Position numbers and translations under genes: made by a program. From Rhizaria sp. SCN 62-66 (taxonomy: Eukaryota), in contig MEDY01000004.1 in assembly GCA_001724265.1 (NCBI GenBank), positions 62,001-126,000 of the forward strand: DNA of 64,000 nt, read 5' to 3'. This document shows, one piece after another, positions 9,610 through 19,456 of this stretch. Every line of letters begins with the position of its first letter. The first letter of the stretch is position 1. The notes under the pieces were generated by a model. The model saw only the letters and a list, made by a program, of their open reading frames with translations. It searched no databases and had not been told where the DNA came from.

Positions 9610-12600
9610 TTACATCTTGCGCTTCATCTTGCCGCCCTTCATGTAGCCGGAGTACTGCCAGCCAACCAACATGGAGATGTCGTCGTCGAGCCCGTCCTTC
9701 TTCTGCTTGCCGCCGTAGCCGGCCAAGTACTCTGGTGACGAGCGGTACGCCTCGGTGTGCAAGTGCGCCTGCATGTGGAGCGTGGCACCGCCGCCGGAGC
9801 CGCCCGCGTGGGCGGGGATGAAGTTGCGCGAGGAGATGTTGTGCAGCGAGATGGCGTCGGCGTTCAGATGCGTCTCGTAATGTTCCTTCTGCTGCCGGTA
9901 CTGCTGCAACGTGCGCTCGCGCAGCTCAGCCTCCTCCTTGCGCCGCGTCTCCTCCTCCTCCAGGAAGTGCAGCGAGATCGCAGTCTCCTTCGGGATCACG
10001 ATGTCCTTGACCGACATGCCCGGCGCGACGCCCTCGCCCGCGGACCCCGCGCCCGCGGAGCCCGCGCCCGCGCCGGAGCCCGACGCGGCGGCGGCGCCTC
10101 GGCCGGCGCGCGCGAGGAGGCGGAACTTGATGTTCTCTGCGCCGTGCTCGAGCGCGCTGCGCGCCTCCTCGGCCTCGCGCTCGAACAGGTCACGGTTCTG
10201 CCGCAGGTACACGCTGGCCGACGCCATGTGCTCGGCGCGCGGCCGCGCCTCGCCGGCGCCGCGCGCGACCTCGCCGAGCAGCGCGTCGAGCTGCTGCTCG
10301 AACTCGGCGTCGGCGCGCGACTTGACCTGCGGCTGGAAGCCGACGCGGCGGCGGAAGCGCACCAGCTCCTCGCCCCGTGCGCTCTCGGGCTCGTCGGCGT
10401 ACACCCAGTCCGCTCCGCTCGCCTCGAACAACTTCGCGCGCTCCGCCTTGGACTTGTCGCGCGCCGCGAGCAGCTTCTCCAGCTCCTCCAGCTGGCGCCC
10501 GCCGCCGCTGAGCCCGGAGCCCACGCCCGCGCTCTCGCCGGCGTCAGCGCCCGACGACACAGCGGCAGAGGCGGAGCCAGAGGCGGATGCGGAGGCTGAG
10601 GCGGAGTCGCCAGCGGCAGGCTGATCGGGACGCCGCAGCAGCATTGCCTTGTAGCTCGGCGCAGCGGCCACAGCGGCGGCAGAAGACGCGGACGCGGACG
10701 CAACGAGCGCGGCAGCGGATGCAGTGGTGGGCTTTTTGTCCCCGCTGCCGCTGCCGCCACCGAAGACCGCGGACGCGCCGGCCATGAGCCGCGCGACCTC
10801 ATCCTCGTCGACGGCGTCGTCGTCCTCGCCGCCGAGGCCCTCGTCGTCCTCGTCCTCGTCCTCGCCGCCGCCGCCGCGCGCCGCAGACGACGGCTGCTGC
10901 CACAGGCGCTGCGGGCCCAGCGACGACGCTGGCGCAGACTGCTGTTGTTGCTGCTGCTGTTGCGCTGCAGAGGGCGGCGCGGGGCCCGCGGCCGCGGCGG
11001 CTGCAAGCGCAGCCGAGGCGTCTGGTGCGGCGGCCGCGGCGGCGACGGCGTTGGCAACGCGCGCGGGGTCGAGCGCGGCGACGTCGGCAAAGCGGAAGTG
11101 CTGCGCGGCGCGCGCGGCGCGGATGTGGGCGCGCTGCTGCTCCGACTGCGCGGCGGCCTCGGCGTCGGCGAGCGCGCGCAGCGTGAGCGCCAGCCCAGCG
11201 GCCTGGCGGTCGAGCACCGTGTCGCAGTCGGCCAGCGCGGCGACGCGCGGGAAGGCGGGGCCCAGCGCGGACAGCAGCGCGCGCAGCGAGAGCTCGATCT
11301 CCACGGGCACGACCTGCTTAAGCGCGAGGTAGCGCTGGAAGCAGACGAGCAGGAGCTCGAAGCGCGGGCGCAGCGCGGGCGACAGTAGCGCCGGCAGCGC
11401 CGTGCGGCAAATGCCCAGCACCAGCGACGCGCGGAACGTTGAGTGCGGCGGGTCCGCGGGCGCCACCAGAGCGCCGTTGACGACGCTGTGGCCGTGCGAC
11501 ACGCACAGTGCCAGCGCGTGGAACAGCGTCGCGGGCGGCACCAGCCCCAGCAGCGTGAGATGCGCGAGCAGCGCGCCGCGCAGCACCATCGTCTGCTTGG
11601 CGTGCGCGGGCGCGGCGGGCGCAGCGAGCCCGGCGCGGAAGTGCTCGAGCAGCAGGTCGACAACGTGCGGCGCGATGGGATACACGGCCGAGAGCCCGAC
11701 TAGCACGCGCGCGGTCAGCGGCAGCATGTCTGCCGAGGCCGCGCTGACGTCGACGAAGGCGGCTACGACGACCTGCCACAGCGGCGTGCCGTCGCGCGGC
11801 AGCAGCGGCACCTCGCTCTCGTTGCTCTCGGCCGCAGAGTCCGCCGCGGCGGACCCGGCGGCGGCCGCGGGGGCGCCGTGCATGCGCGGGAAAGCGGAGC
11901 AGGGCGGCGCGTCCCACGGCAGGCGGCTAAGCGCGCGTACGGCGGCGTCGACCAGCCATTGCTGCGCCGCGGGCGACAGCGACGTCACGTGCGGCAGCCC
12001 CGCGCCCACCACGCCGCCCAGTCCGCCCAGCGCGCCCGCAGTCTGGCAGTGCGGATTGTCAGCAGCGCGCCAAAGCGTGGCGAGCGGCGCGTGCGCGACA
12101 CGGCGCGCCCACTGCTCGGCCAGCGAGCGCGGGGCGCGGCGGCGCGCCGACACGGGCGGCGGCGGACGGCAGTACGCGTAGGCCGTCTCGAGCGTGAAGG
12201 CCAGGTAGCGGTCGGGCCCGCCAGCCATGTTGCGCACGGCCTCATCGAGCACCGAGAGGAAGCGCGCCGTGGTGTCGTGTGTCGTGGGCTCGCAGTAGAG
12301 CCAGCGGCCGCAGTGCTCGAGCAGCGACGCGAGCGCGTGCACGTTCTGCGGAGTGGGCGCCGCCAGCAGCCCGGTCCACGCGCGGAAGGCCAGCAGCGGG
12401 GGCGCGACGCGCATCTTGACCATCTCGGCGATGAGGCGTACGTTGCGCAGCTTGAGGTCGACGCGGCGCGCGAGGCGCGGCGTCGACTGCAGGCGCGAGA
12501 ACTCGTGCTGCACCAGGTCCGTGAGCTGCTCGCCCATGTGTGTGAAGACTCGCGAGAAGGTCGCGACGAGGCGCACGTAAAAGGGCACGCGGTCCAGCTG

Positions 12601-15204
12601 GCTGGAGCGCAGCGCAAAGACGTGCTCCACCAGTCGGTGCTGGCGCTGGTGCGCGCGACGGCCGCAGATGGCGATGAAGCGCTGCGCAATGGCGTCGACG
12701 CCGTCGCGCGAGCTCACGCCTGCCATCTCGGCCATCAGCGCGTCCAGGTCGCCCTGCGGCGCCGACATCGCGACCGTCGCGCTCGCGCCCGCGGCGGTGC
12801 CCGCGGCGGCGGCGGCGGCGGAGGCGGCGGCGGCAGCGGCGCCGCGAGACGCGGAGGGCAGCTCGGGCAGCGCGGAGCCGTCGGCCGCAATAGCAGACTC
12901 AGGAGCAACGGCGCTGTCGGTCTCGGCGTCGGCGTCGGCGTCGACGTCGACGTCGTCGCCGTCGTCGGCCGCGTCGTCCTCTTCCAGGTGCGCGCGGCGC
13001 GCCTGCGAGGCCGCGGCGCCGGTGAGCGAGAGCTGGAGGTGCTCTGGGTGCTCGGCCGTGGCGGCCAGCAGCTCGGCCTCGCGCGCCATGCGGTCCTCAT
13101 CGTACTCGTCCTCGTCCTCGTCCTCCGCGTCCGCGTCCGCGTCGCCGCCAATGACACTGTTAGCGGCGTTCGCGCTGGTGTTGTTGTCGGTGCGGCGGAG
13201 CGCGCGGGCAAGGAAATCGAGCACCTGACCGGTCTCGCCGTCGGGCTCGCGCGTGGCGGCCGCTGAGGTGTCGTAATCGTCGTCCTCGTCGTCGTCGTCG
13301 CTGTCGTCGGACCCGTCGCCCGCAGTGGCGGCAGCAGCGGACTCGGGGTCAGCAGAGTCGCCCTTCTTGGCCTTCTTGTCCTTCTTGTCTTTCTTATCCT
13401 TCTTGTCAGCTTTGTCCGCTTTGTCAGCTTTGTCAGACTTGGCAGCGCTGGAGCCGGATTCATCCTTCTTGTCGTCCTTTTTGTCCTTCTTGTCGGTTTT
13501 GTCGCTCTTGTCGGCCTTCTTGTCCTTCTTATCAGCCTTGTCAGCCTTATCGCCCTTCTTGTCCTTCTTGTCGATCTTGACGCCGTCGCCGTCGCCGTCC
13601 TTGCTCTTGCGCTCCTCCTTGCCGTCGCCGTCGGCAGCGTCCTCGGCGCACGAGTTGTTCTTGCGTCCGCCCACGCTCTCGGGCAGCAGGTGCGCGGGCA
13701 CGAACCCGGGCGGCGCGGTGGCAACGACGTCCAGCAGTTGCGTGTAAAACGCCTGCTCCTCGGCGTCGGCGTACTGGTGCTGCTGCAGCAGCGAGAGCTC
13801 GCTCTCGGTCGCACCGCGCTCCTCGTCCTCGTCGGCGTCCTCGACCACGGGCGCCGGCAGCAGCTCGCGGCCCACGGCGCCCAGCAGTGCGTTGGCGGCG
13901 CGGTGGTACGCCGCCACGTTGTCGCGCACCACGCGCGCCTCGGCGCGGTGCACCTCGGGCACCTCGCCCTTAAACCGCAGGATCGACCGGTTACGCCGCT
14001 CGCGCCGCCGCGCCGCCGCCGCCAGCGCCGCGCACCGCGCCGACAGCGTCTCAGCCAGCGCGCGCAGCGGCCGCGCGCCGCGCTCGGCGCCCACGGCGGG
14101 CGGGACAATGAAGCCCAGGCGCGCCGCCACGGCCGCCGGCACGGCCTCGAGCAGCGCCGCCACGGCCGCGGCGTCGGCGCCCACGGGCAGCGGTGGTGCG
14201 GAGGCCGAGGAAACGGAGAGCGCGGCGGCGAGCCGCTCGCGGGCGAGGCGTTCCTGCGTGGGGACGGCGCCTGTGAGCTCGGCGCCGGCCGCGGCGAGCG
14301 TGTCGAGCAGCGTGGGCGCGAAGACGAAGTGCGCGTCGTGGCGCACGTAGTCCTTCTTCTTGGCCGCGAGCGCAAGGCGCTGCGCAAGCGCGTCGAGCAG
14401 CGCATGCAGCGGGGCCGCGTCGGGCAGCACGCCGCGCAGCAGCAGCTCGGCGAGCAGTTGCGCGCGGAAGCGGAGCCGCGACAGCGCGGGCTCGTCGTCG
14501 GCCTCGGCGCGCAGCTCGGCCTCGCCGGCCAGCCGCGGCAGCGCGACGGCGCGGCGCAGGGCTTCGCGCAGCGCGGGCGTAAAGTCGGGCGCGTAGCGGC
14601 GATGCATGGCCTGCGCGACGTCGGCCACGCGCGCCACGTGTGCGGGCGTCGTGGCCGGGACCTCGACGAGCGCCGCGGCGATCTCGGACGCGAACTTGGA
14701 CAGGTTCAGCGCGGCCAGGGACGAGAGTACGCCCTCCATGTCACGCTCCAGGTGCAGCTGGCTCGTGCGGTTGCGGAAGGACTGGACCTTCTTGAGCGTG
14801 GCGTCGGCGCCGCCCGCGAGCGGCGGCCCGCCCTGCGCGATGGGCAGGTTCACTGCGCGCGCCGCGGCGTGGGCCGCCAGCCGCGCGCGCAGGCCCGAGA
14901 GCAGCGCCCACGCCGTGTTCGACTGCGTCTGCTCGTCCTCCACGCCGGGCAGCGTCGCGACAGAGGTGGCGGACGCAGAGGTGGGCGCGGCCGTCGCTGT
15001 GGCGGGCGAGGAGGACGAAGAACTGGATACGGAGGCGGCAGCGTTGCTGGGCTGCGTCGAGGAGGAGATAACGATGGGATGAGGGCCCTGGATCGTCAGT
15101 GCTCCGAAGACACGTAGGTCCGGTGTGGAGCTATGCGCTGCAGTAGCGCTGAGTCGGGAGCTGGGCATGGCGCGCCCCGACGGCGTCGACAACCCCAGAG
15201 TCAT
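9610..15204 (-). CDS. UPF2: Nonsense-mediated decay factor UPF2 (MIF4G domains), expanded
   Basis: DATLKKVQSFRNR, LNLSKFASEIAAALVE, EEQAFYTQLLD, LDRVPFYVRLVATFS, NVRLIAEMVKM, LLEHCGRWLY, LETAYAYCRPP, and a C-terminal FRLLAR...EEAELRERTL region match UPF2. Single 1864-aa ORF; alternative ATG at 15168; stop TAA. Confidence 0.9.
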   Translation of the reverse strand: MTLGLSTPSGRAMPSSRLSATAAHSSTPDLRVFGALTIQGPHPIVISSSTQPSNAAASVSSSSSSSPATATAAPTSASATSVATLPGVEDEQTQSNTAWALLSGLRARLAAHAAARAVNLPIAQGGPPLAGGADATLKKVQSFRNRTSQLHLERDMEGVLSSLAALNLSKFASEIAAALVEVPATTPAHVARVADVAQAMHRRYAPDFTPALREALRRAVALPRLAGEAELRAEADDEPALSRLRFRAQLLAELLLRGVLPDAAPLHALLDALAQRLALAAKKKDYVRHDAHFVFAPTLLDTLAAAGAELTGAVPTQERLARERLAAALSVSSASAPPLPVGADAAAVAALLEAVPAAVAARLGFIVPPAVGAERGARPLRALAETLSARCAALAAAARRRERRNRSILRFKGEVPEVHRAEARVVRDNVAAYHRAANALLGAVGRELLPAPVVEDADEDEERGATESELSLLQQHQYADAEEQAFYTQLLDVVATAPPGFVPAHLLPESVGGRKNNSCAEDAADGDGKEERKSKDGDGDGVKIDKKDKKGDKADKADKKDKKADKSDKTDKKDKKDDKKDESGSSAAKSDKADKADKADKKDKKDKKDKKAKKGDSADPESAAAATAGDGSDDSDDDDEDDDYDTSAAATREPDGETGQVLDFLARALRRTDNNTSANAANSVIGGDADADAEDEDEDEYDEDRMAREAELLAATAEHPEHLQLSLTGAAASQARRAHLEEDDAADDGDDVDVDADADAETDSAVAPESAIAADGSALPELPSASRGAAAAAASAAAAAAGTAAGASATVAMSAPQGDLDALMAEMAGVSSRDGVDAIAQRFIAICGRRAHQRQHRLVEHVFALRSSQLDRVPFYVRLVATFSRVFTHMGEQLTDLVQHEFSRLQSTPRLARRVDLKLRNVRLIAEMVKMRVAPPLLAFRAWTGLLAAPTPQNVHALASLLEHCGRWLYCEPTTHDTTARFLSVLDEAVRNMAGGPDRYLAFTLETAYAYCRPPPPVSARRRAPRSLAEQWARRVAHAPLATLWRAADNPHCQTAGALGGLGGVVGAGLPHVTSLSPAAQQWLVDAAVRALSRLPWDAPPCSAFPRMHGAPAAAAGSAAADSAAESNESEVPLLPRDGTPLWQVVVAAFVDVSAASADMLPLTARVLVGLSAVYPIAPHVVDLLLEHFRAGLAAPAAPAHAKQTMVLRGALLAHLTLLGLVPPATLFHALALCVSHGHSVVNGALVAPADPPHSTFRASLVLGICRTALPALLSPALRPRFELLLVCFQRYLALKQVVPVEIELSLRALLSALGPAFPRVAALADCDTVLDRQAAGLALTLRALADAEAAAQSEQQRAHIRAARAAQHFRFADVAALDPARVANAVAAAAAAPDASAALAAAAAAGPAPPSAAQQQQQQQQSAPASSLGPQRLWQQPSSAARGGGGEDEDEDDEGLGGEDDDAVDEDEVARLMAGASAVFGGGSGSGDKKPTTASAAALVASASASSAAAVAAAPSYKAMLLRRPDQPAAGDSASASASASGSASAAVSSGADAGESAGVGSGLSGGGRQLEELEKLLAARDKSKAERAKLFEASGADWVYADEPESARGEELVRFRRRVGFQPQVKSRADAEFEQQLDALLGEVARGAGEARPRAEHMASASVYLRQNRDLFEREAEEARSALEHGAENIKFRLLARAGRGAAAASGSGAGAGSAGAGSAGEGVAPGMSVKDIVIPKETAISLHFLEEEETRRKEEAELRERTLQQYRQQKEHYETHLNADAISLHNISSRNFIPAHAGGSGGGATLHMQAHLHTEAYRSSPEYLAGYGGKQKKDGLDDDISMLVGWQYSGYMKGGKMKRKM
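13366..13620 (-). repeat. Coding low-complexity Lys/Asp repeat (KKDKK/KADKADK) inside UPF2
   Basis: Translation KIDKKDKKGDKADKADKKDKKADKSDKTDKKDKKDDKKD...KSDKADKADKADKKDKKDKKDKKAKK; imperfect tandem codon repeats. Confidence 0.85.
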
Positions 15205-15700
15205 AGCTTGCCGGTGTAGAACGCCCTCTTCACAAAGGAGTCAAAGTCAAGGTTCACGTGCCACGGTGAGCACGTTGATAAAAGAATCGCTATTAAAATC
15301 GACTGGGCAAACAATAAATGGGCTCTAAGTACTAGCTAGCGGACGACATAACGAGGTCCAGCATGTGATTTGGCTGGCTCCAGTCAGACGCCCAAGTGAC
15401 CGTGGGCGAGCTGCCCAGCCGACGCGGCCTGATTTTTGTCGACAGTCTCAAGACAGACACGCGCGTCGATCTTTGAAGTTAGACATCCACACGCAGAAAA
15501 TGCTTTGAGCTGCAGTATAGTGATATAATCTGTAACGCAGTGACTCCTAAATCACCACTTTTTAATGCATGCAATCGGCTTTGTTTAGCACGTGATATGG
15601 CGGGCTTCCTCCGGGTGAGCTCCAAAGAAGTGTTTGTGGTTTCTTCTTAATCCGCGTTTCACTGTCCCTCGTATCACTTGTATTTATAGAAACTAACAGC

Positions 15701-16559
15701 ATGTCTGGTAAGACTGAGTGGGAGGACGCCCTCATTGCGGTACGTTAATGCTTAGTGACTCGTTTTTGCCCATGTTCGTGAACTGAAGAGTCATCTGACC
15801 AAACCGGACCGTTGTTGCCAAGCAGCGCTCACTCCTTTACGCACCAACGTACGTCTGTCCCTTTGCCCCCACTTTTAGCACGGTATCATGGCGCCCCCGG
15901 AGGAAAAGCCTACTGAGGATGACATCATCGAGGAGACGCAGGACATCATGGACGAGATGGACGTGATGAACCCGCTCCACAAGTACGAGGGCAAGACTCT
16001 GGACCAGCTCAAGGAGCTCGAGGACGACATCGAGGAGGACGCCATGGCCGTGCTGCGCCGCCGTCGCGTGCAGATGCTCAAGGAGCAAGCCGCGCGCAAC
16101 AAGTACGGCCAGGTCATCAACATCCACGAGCCCGAGTGGAAGGCCGAGGTGACTGAGGCCGGCGACGTGTGGGTCGTCGTCAACCTCTGGGCCGCGGGCC
16201 GCCAGGAGTGCACGCTGATCGACAACATCATGCGCCAGCTCGCAAACAAGTTCCGCGACGTCAAGTTCGTCCGCATTGAGGGCCGCCAAGCGATCAAGAA
16301 CTTCCCCGACTCCAAGTGTCCGACGATGATCGTGTACAACAAGGGCGATGTGAAGCTCCAGCTGGTCGGTCTGCCCGAGCTGGGCGGCCCCAAGGCCAGC
16401 GCCAACTCGCTCGAGTGGGTGCTCTCTAAGATCGGCGCCGTCAAGACCGAGCTCACCGAGGACCCCGCACTGGAGGAGCAGCGCATGCGCATCAATCGCC
16501 TCGACAAGGCGCGCTCCAAGTTCGAGGACGATGGCGATGATGACTGGCTCAGCAAGTAA
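15701..16559 (+). CDS. PDCL3: Phosducin-like protein 2/3 (PhLP2, CCT co-chaperone), 2 exons
   Basis: Exon 15701-15739 (MSGKTEWEDALIA), GTACGT...TAG intron, exon 15879-16559 (HGIMAPP...). Thioredoxin-like part: EVTEAGDVWVVVNL, LANKFRDVKFVRI, IKNFPDSKCPTMIVY, LEWVLSKIGAV. Stop TAA. Confidence 0.92.
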
Positions 16560-16885
16560 GCGAGACGCGACAGCGGAAGACTACGAACTTCATTTATCAC
16601 TGTAACAACACACTTATCAAGGACTTTACGCCACACATTTGTACAGACAGCGGCTTTTGATGTCGTCCAGCTACATTAGTTATACACTTTTTGCTTTTAT
16701 TCGTTCACTACCTCATGAATTGTTCACTTATGGTAGTCAGCAATCTCTAACGGCTCGATGTTGCACAAACTTGATCGAACGAATTTGCCGTGTTTAGTCG
16801 ATATTTTTAAACTACAACGTATGTCTACGACTGTAACAAAACTAGTCTTTATTGTCCCTCAATTATATTCCTTGCAAACAGAACG

Positions 16886-19197
16886 ATGGACGCCTCAGGC
16901 AATCTTGACCTGGCGCTCTATCACCTGAAGGCTTCAGCTGCCAAGGTACGGACAAACCACCGTCTACAGAGTTCATGTTAGACCCGATTGTCAATTTCTG
17001 CATCTCTTGGATACTAACATATTGTTTCATAGTGTTATTTTGTGTAGGCTAAGCAAATTGGGATTGCTATGGGACACACAGTGCAGGAGTGGCCCCACCT
17101 ACATCCACTGCTGCAAATCCACTCGCAGTTTGCGATCGTCCCCACATCACGCGTGCAGAGCATTCGCAATCGGTACGCACCATCACGCAATAAGCCTGCT
17201 TTAGTTATCTGATTATTTTATTTGCCGTTTCTTTGACCCGTTTGTCCTTGTTTACCTCGAAACTTCTCTCACTCCCCTTTCCCACTCTCTCCTCTGACAA
17301 CGTTGACACAACGCGAACGTATAGTCTGCGCGAGGAGCAAGACAAGGCTCTCCGTGGGCTTGCCGACGCGGCGCAAGTCTTTTTGTCACGGCTGGAGCAG
17401 TCCGCGACACAGGTGCACGAGCGCTACAGCGACGTGCTGCGTGAGCTAGAGACGCAGATGGCCTCCGCCTTCGACGGGATCCACGCCGAAGAGACCGCTC
17501 AGCTCGACGCACTCGCCCGCGAGGTACGACACAGGAAGCCAGTTGTATACTCGCAATGTCACGTTTTAACATCGCGTTCTAGCTTCCATTCTCGTCCGCA
17601 CTTTTCATAACTCGACCCTTTGTTGTTCCTCACACAACCCTTTACGCGCATGCAGACGGGCTCACTGGAGGCCGAGGCCGGCCGGCTTGACGCGGCACTG
17701 AGCGCTGCCGTGAGCGTGTCCGCCGCGCTCTCCGAGGACATCGCCGCGCAGGCCACCGTTTCGCTGTCCAACGATAGTGGTAATGGCAGCTCTGGCGACG
17801 GCGCTGCGAGCGGCACGACGCTCGCGCTGTCTGCGGACCTGGTGGCGGCACAGGAGCTCGACAACGCGCAGGCCGCCGCGGACGTGCGCGCGCTGCAGAC
17901 CGCGGCCAAGGAGCTGCAGATGGAGCTCTCGGACGTGCGCCTGCTGCTCGAGCACGCGCGCGTCTTCCACGGTGGCGTACAGAGTGCGCGCGCGGACGCA
18001 GAGATGGACTCTGACGCAGAGGACAACGCCGGCGACAGGATGCGCGCAGCACGCGAGAAAGATTATGGTGATTTTGCTGTGGTGCGCCGTAAGGGTCGCG
18101 GGCGCAAGTCAGTTGTGCACGCATTCGCGCAGCTGCAGCGCGCACACGGTGGCGCTGGTGTTGCGCGCGACCTGCTGCCCACTGCCGCCGCCTCGGCCTC
18201 CGCTGCAGCGGGCGACTCCAGCGAAGACGACGGTGACAATGCGCAGGAGTGCGGCCCGCGCGGCAAGCGCGCGCGCGGTGCTGACGCGGCTGCTGATGCA
18301 GCGGTCCCCGCGAGTGCGACAGTGGAGGAGCTAGCTGCGCTGCGCGCTGAGGCGGCCGAGCTTGAGGCCGAGGCCAACCAGGCCGCCGCGGAGCTCTACC
18401 TTCTCGAGCCCGCGCTTGCGGCCGCGGATTCTGCGGCCAGCGCGAAGACTGGCAGCGCCGTGGCTACGCCCGCACGCGGCGCTCGGCCCAGTGCGCTCGA
18501 CGCCAGCACGGCCTCGCCGCTGCCGCTGGACTCGAGCCTGCTGGCGGGCATCGCGCCGCTGCTGCGCACCGCGCGCAAGGCGCCCGCGACCGTCGGCCGC
18601 GCGGAGCGTCGTGTGCTGGCGCAAGCGCGCCTAGGCCGTGAGGCTGCGGAGCGCGCGCTTGAGGACGTGCTGCAGCAGCGGCTAGCCGCAGGCGCCGAGG
18701 CCGACGCTGCTGTCGCGCGCGCGGCCGCGCTCGGCCGCGCCGCAGCCAGCACGGTCGCCGTGGCCGTCGGGGCCGGCGCGGGCACGCGCATGCGTGGCAT
18801 GACTGAGCGCGTGCTGCGCTGGCTGCTGGCGCTGCCCGGCGACGTCGATGACGGCAGTGTCGCCGAGGGTGCCCAGTCTGCGGCTGAGGCCAGCAATGCA
18901 GCGCGCGCGGCGGCGAAGGCAGCGCTGGCAGCGCGCTTGGCTCCCGTGGCGAGTCTCCGCGCCGCGTGCGGCGTAGTCGTTGACGTCACTGCGGGCCTTA
19001 GTGCCGCAGGCCGGCCCTTTGCGTTGATTAACCAGCCGGTGCAGCAGGCGGCCGCAGCGGCGTCGGCGGGCGCAGAGAGCACGGACGAAGCTGCGTTCAC
19101 TGCGGCCCTCGACGTGCTCGCGCGCGCTGGCGTGGTGCGTTGGGATCGCGATGCGGACACAGTCGCGCTTGCCCTCCCACTCCAGACCGCCACTTGA
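16886..19197 (+). CDS. Hypothetical coiled-coil protein, 4 exons
   Basis: Exons 16886-16945, 17048-17172, 17325-17523, 17656-19197 join in frame via three GTACG...YAG introns. Heptad-like Glu/Leu/Ala segments. Stop TGA. No family recognised. Confidence 0.75.
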
Positions 19198-19456
19198 ACG
19201 CGCCCTCCTGGCGCGCAAAAACACCCGCAGCCTCTAGGATAACAAACTTGATAGTTAGTCTTGATACCAAAAGAATGGCCAATAAACATGCAATGATCAC
19301 AAAATAGACATGTGTATTACTAATTTCATTAACATAAGTCAACAAAAGGAATGAAAATAAACCACACAGAATGAATAATTATTGTAAAACCAAGTTACAA
19401 TTCGATCATAATATATCACATGACGAGTGAATAACTGTCGGGATTTGACTCTTTGC

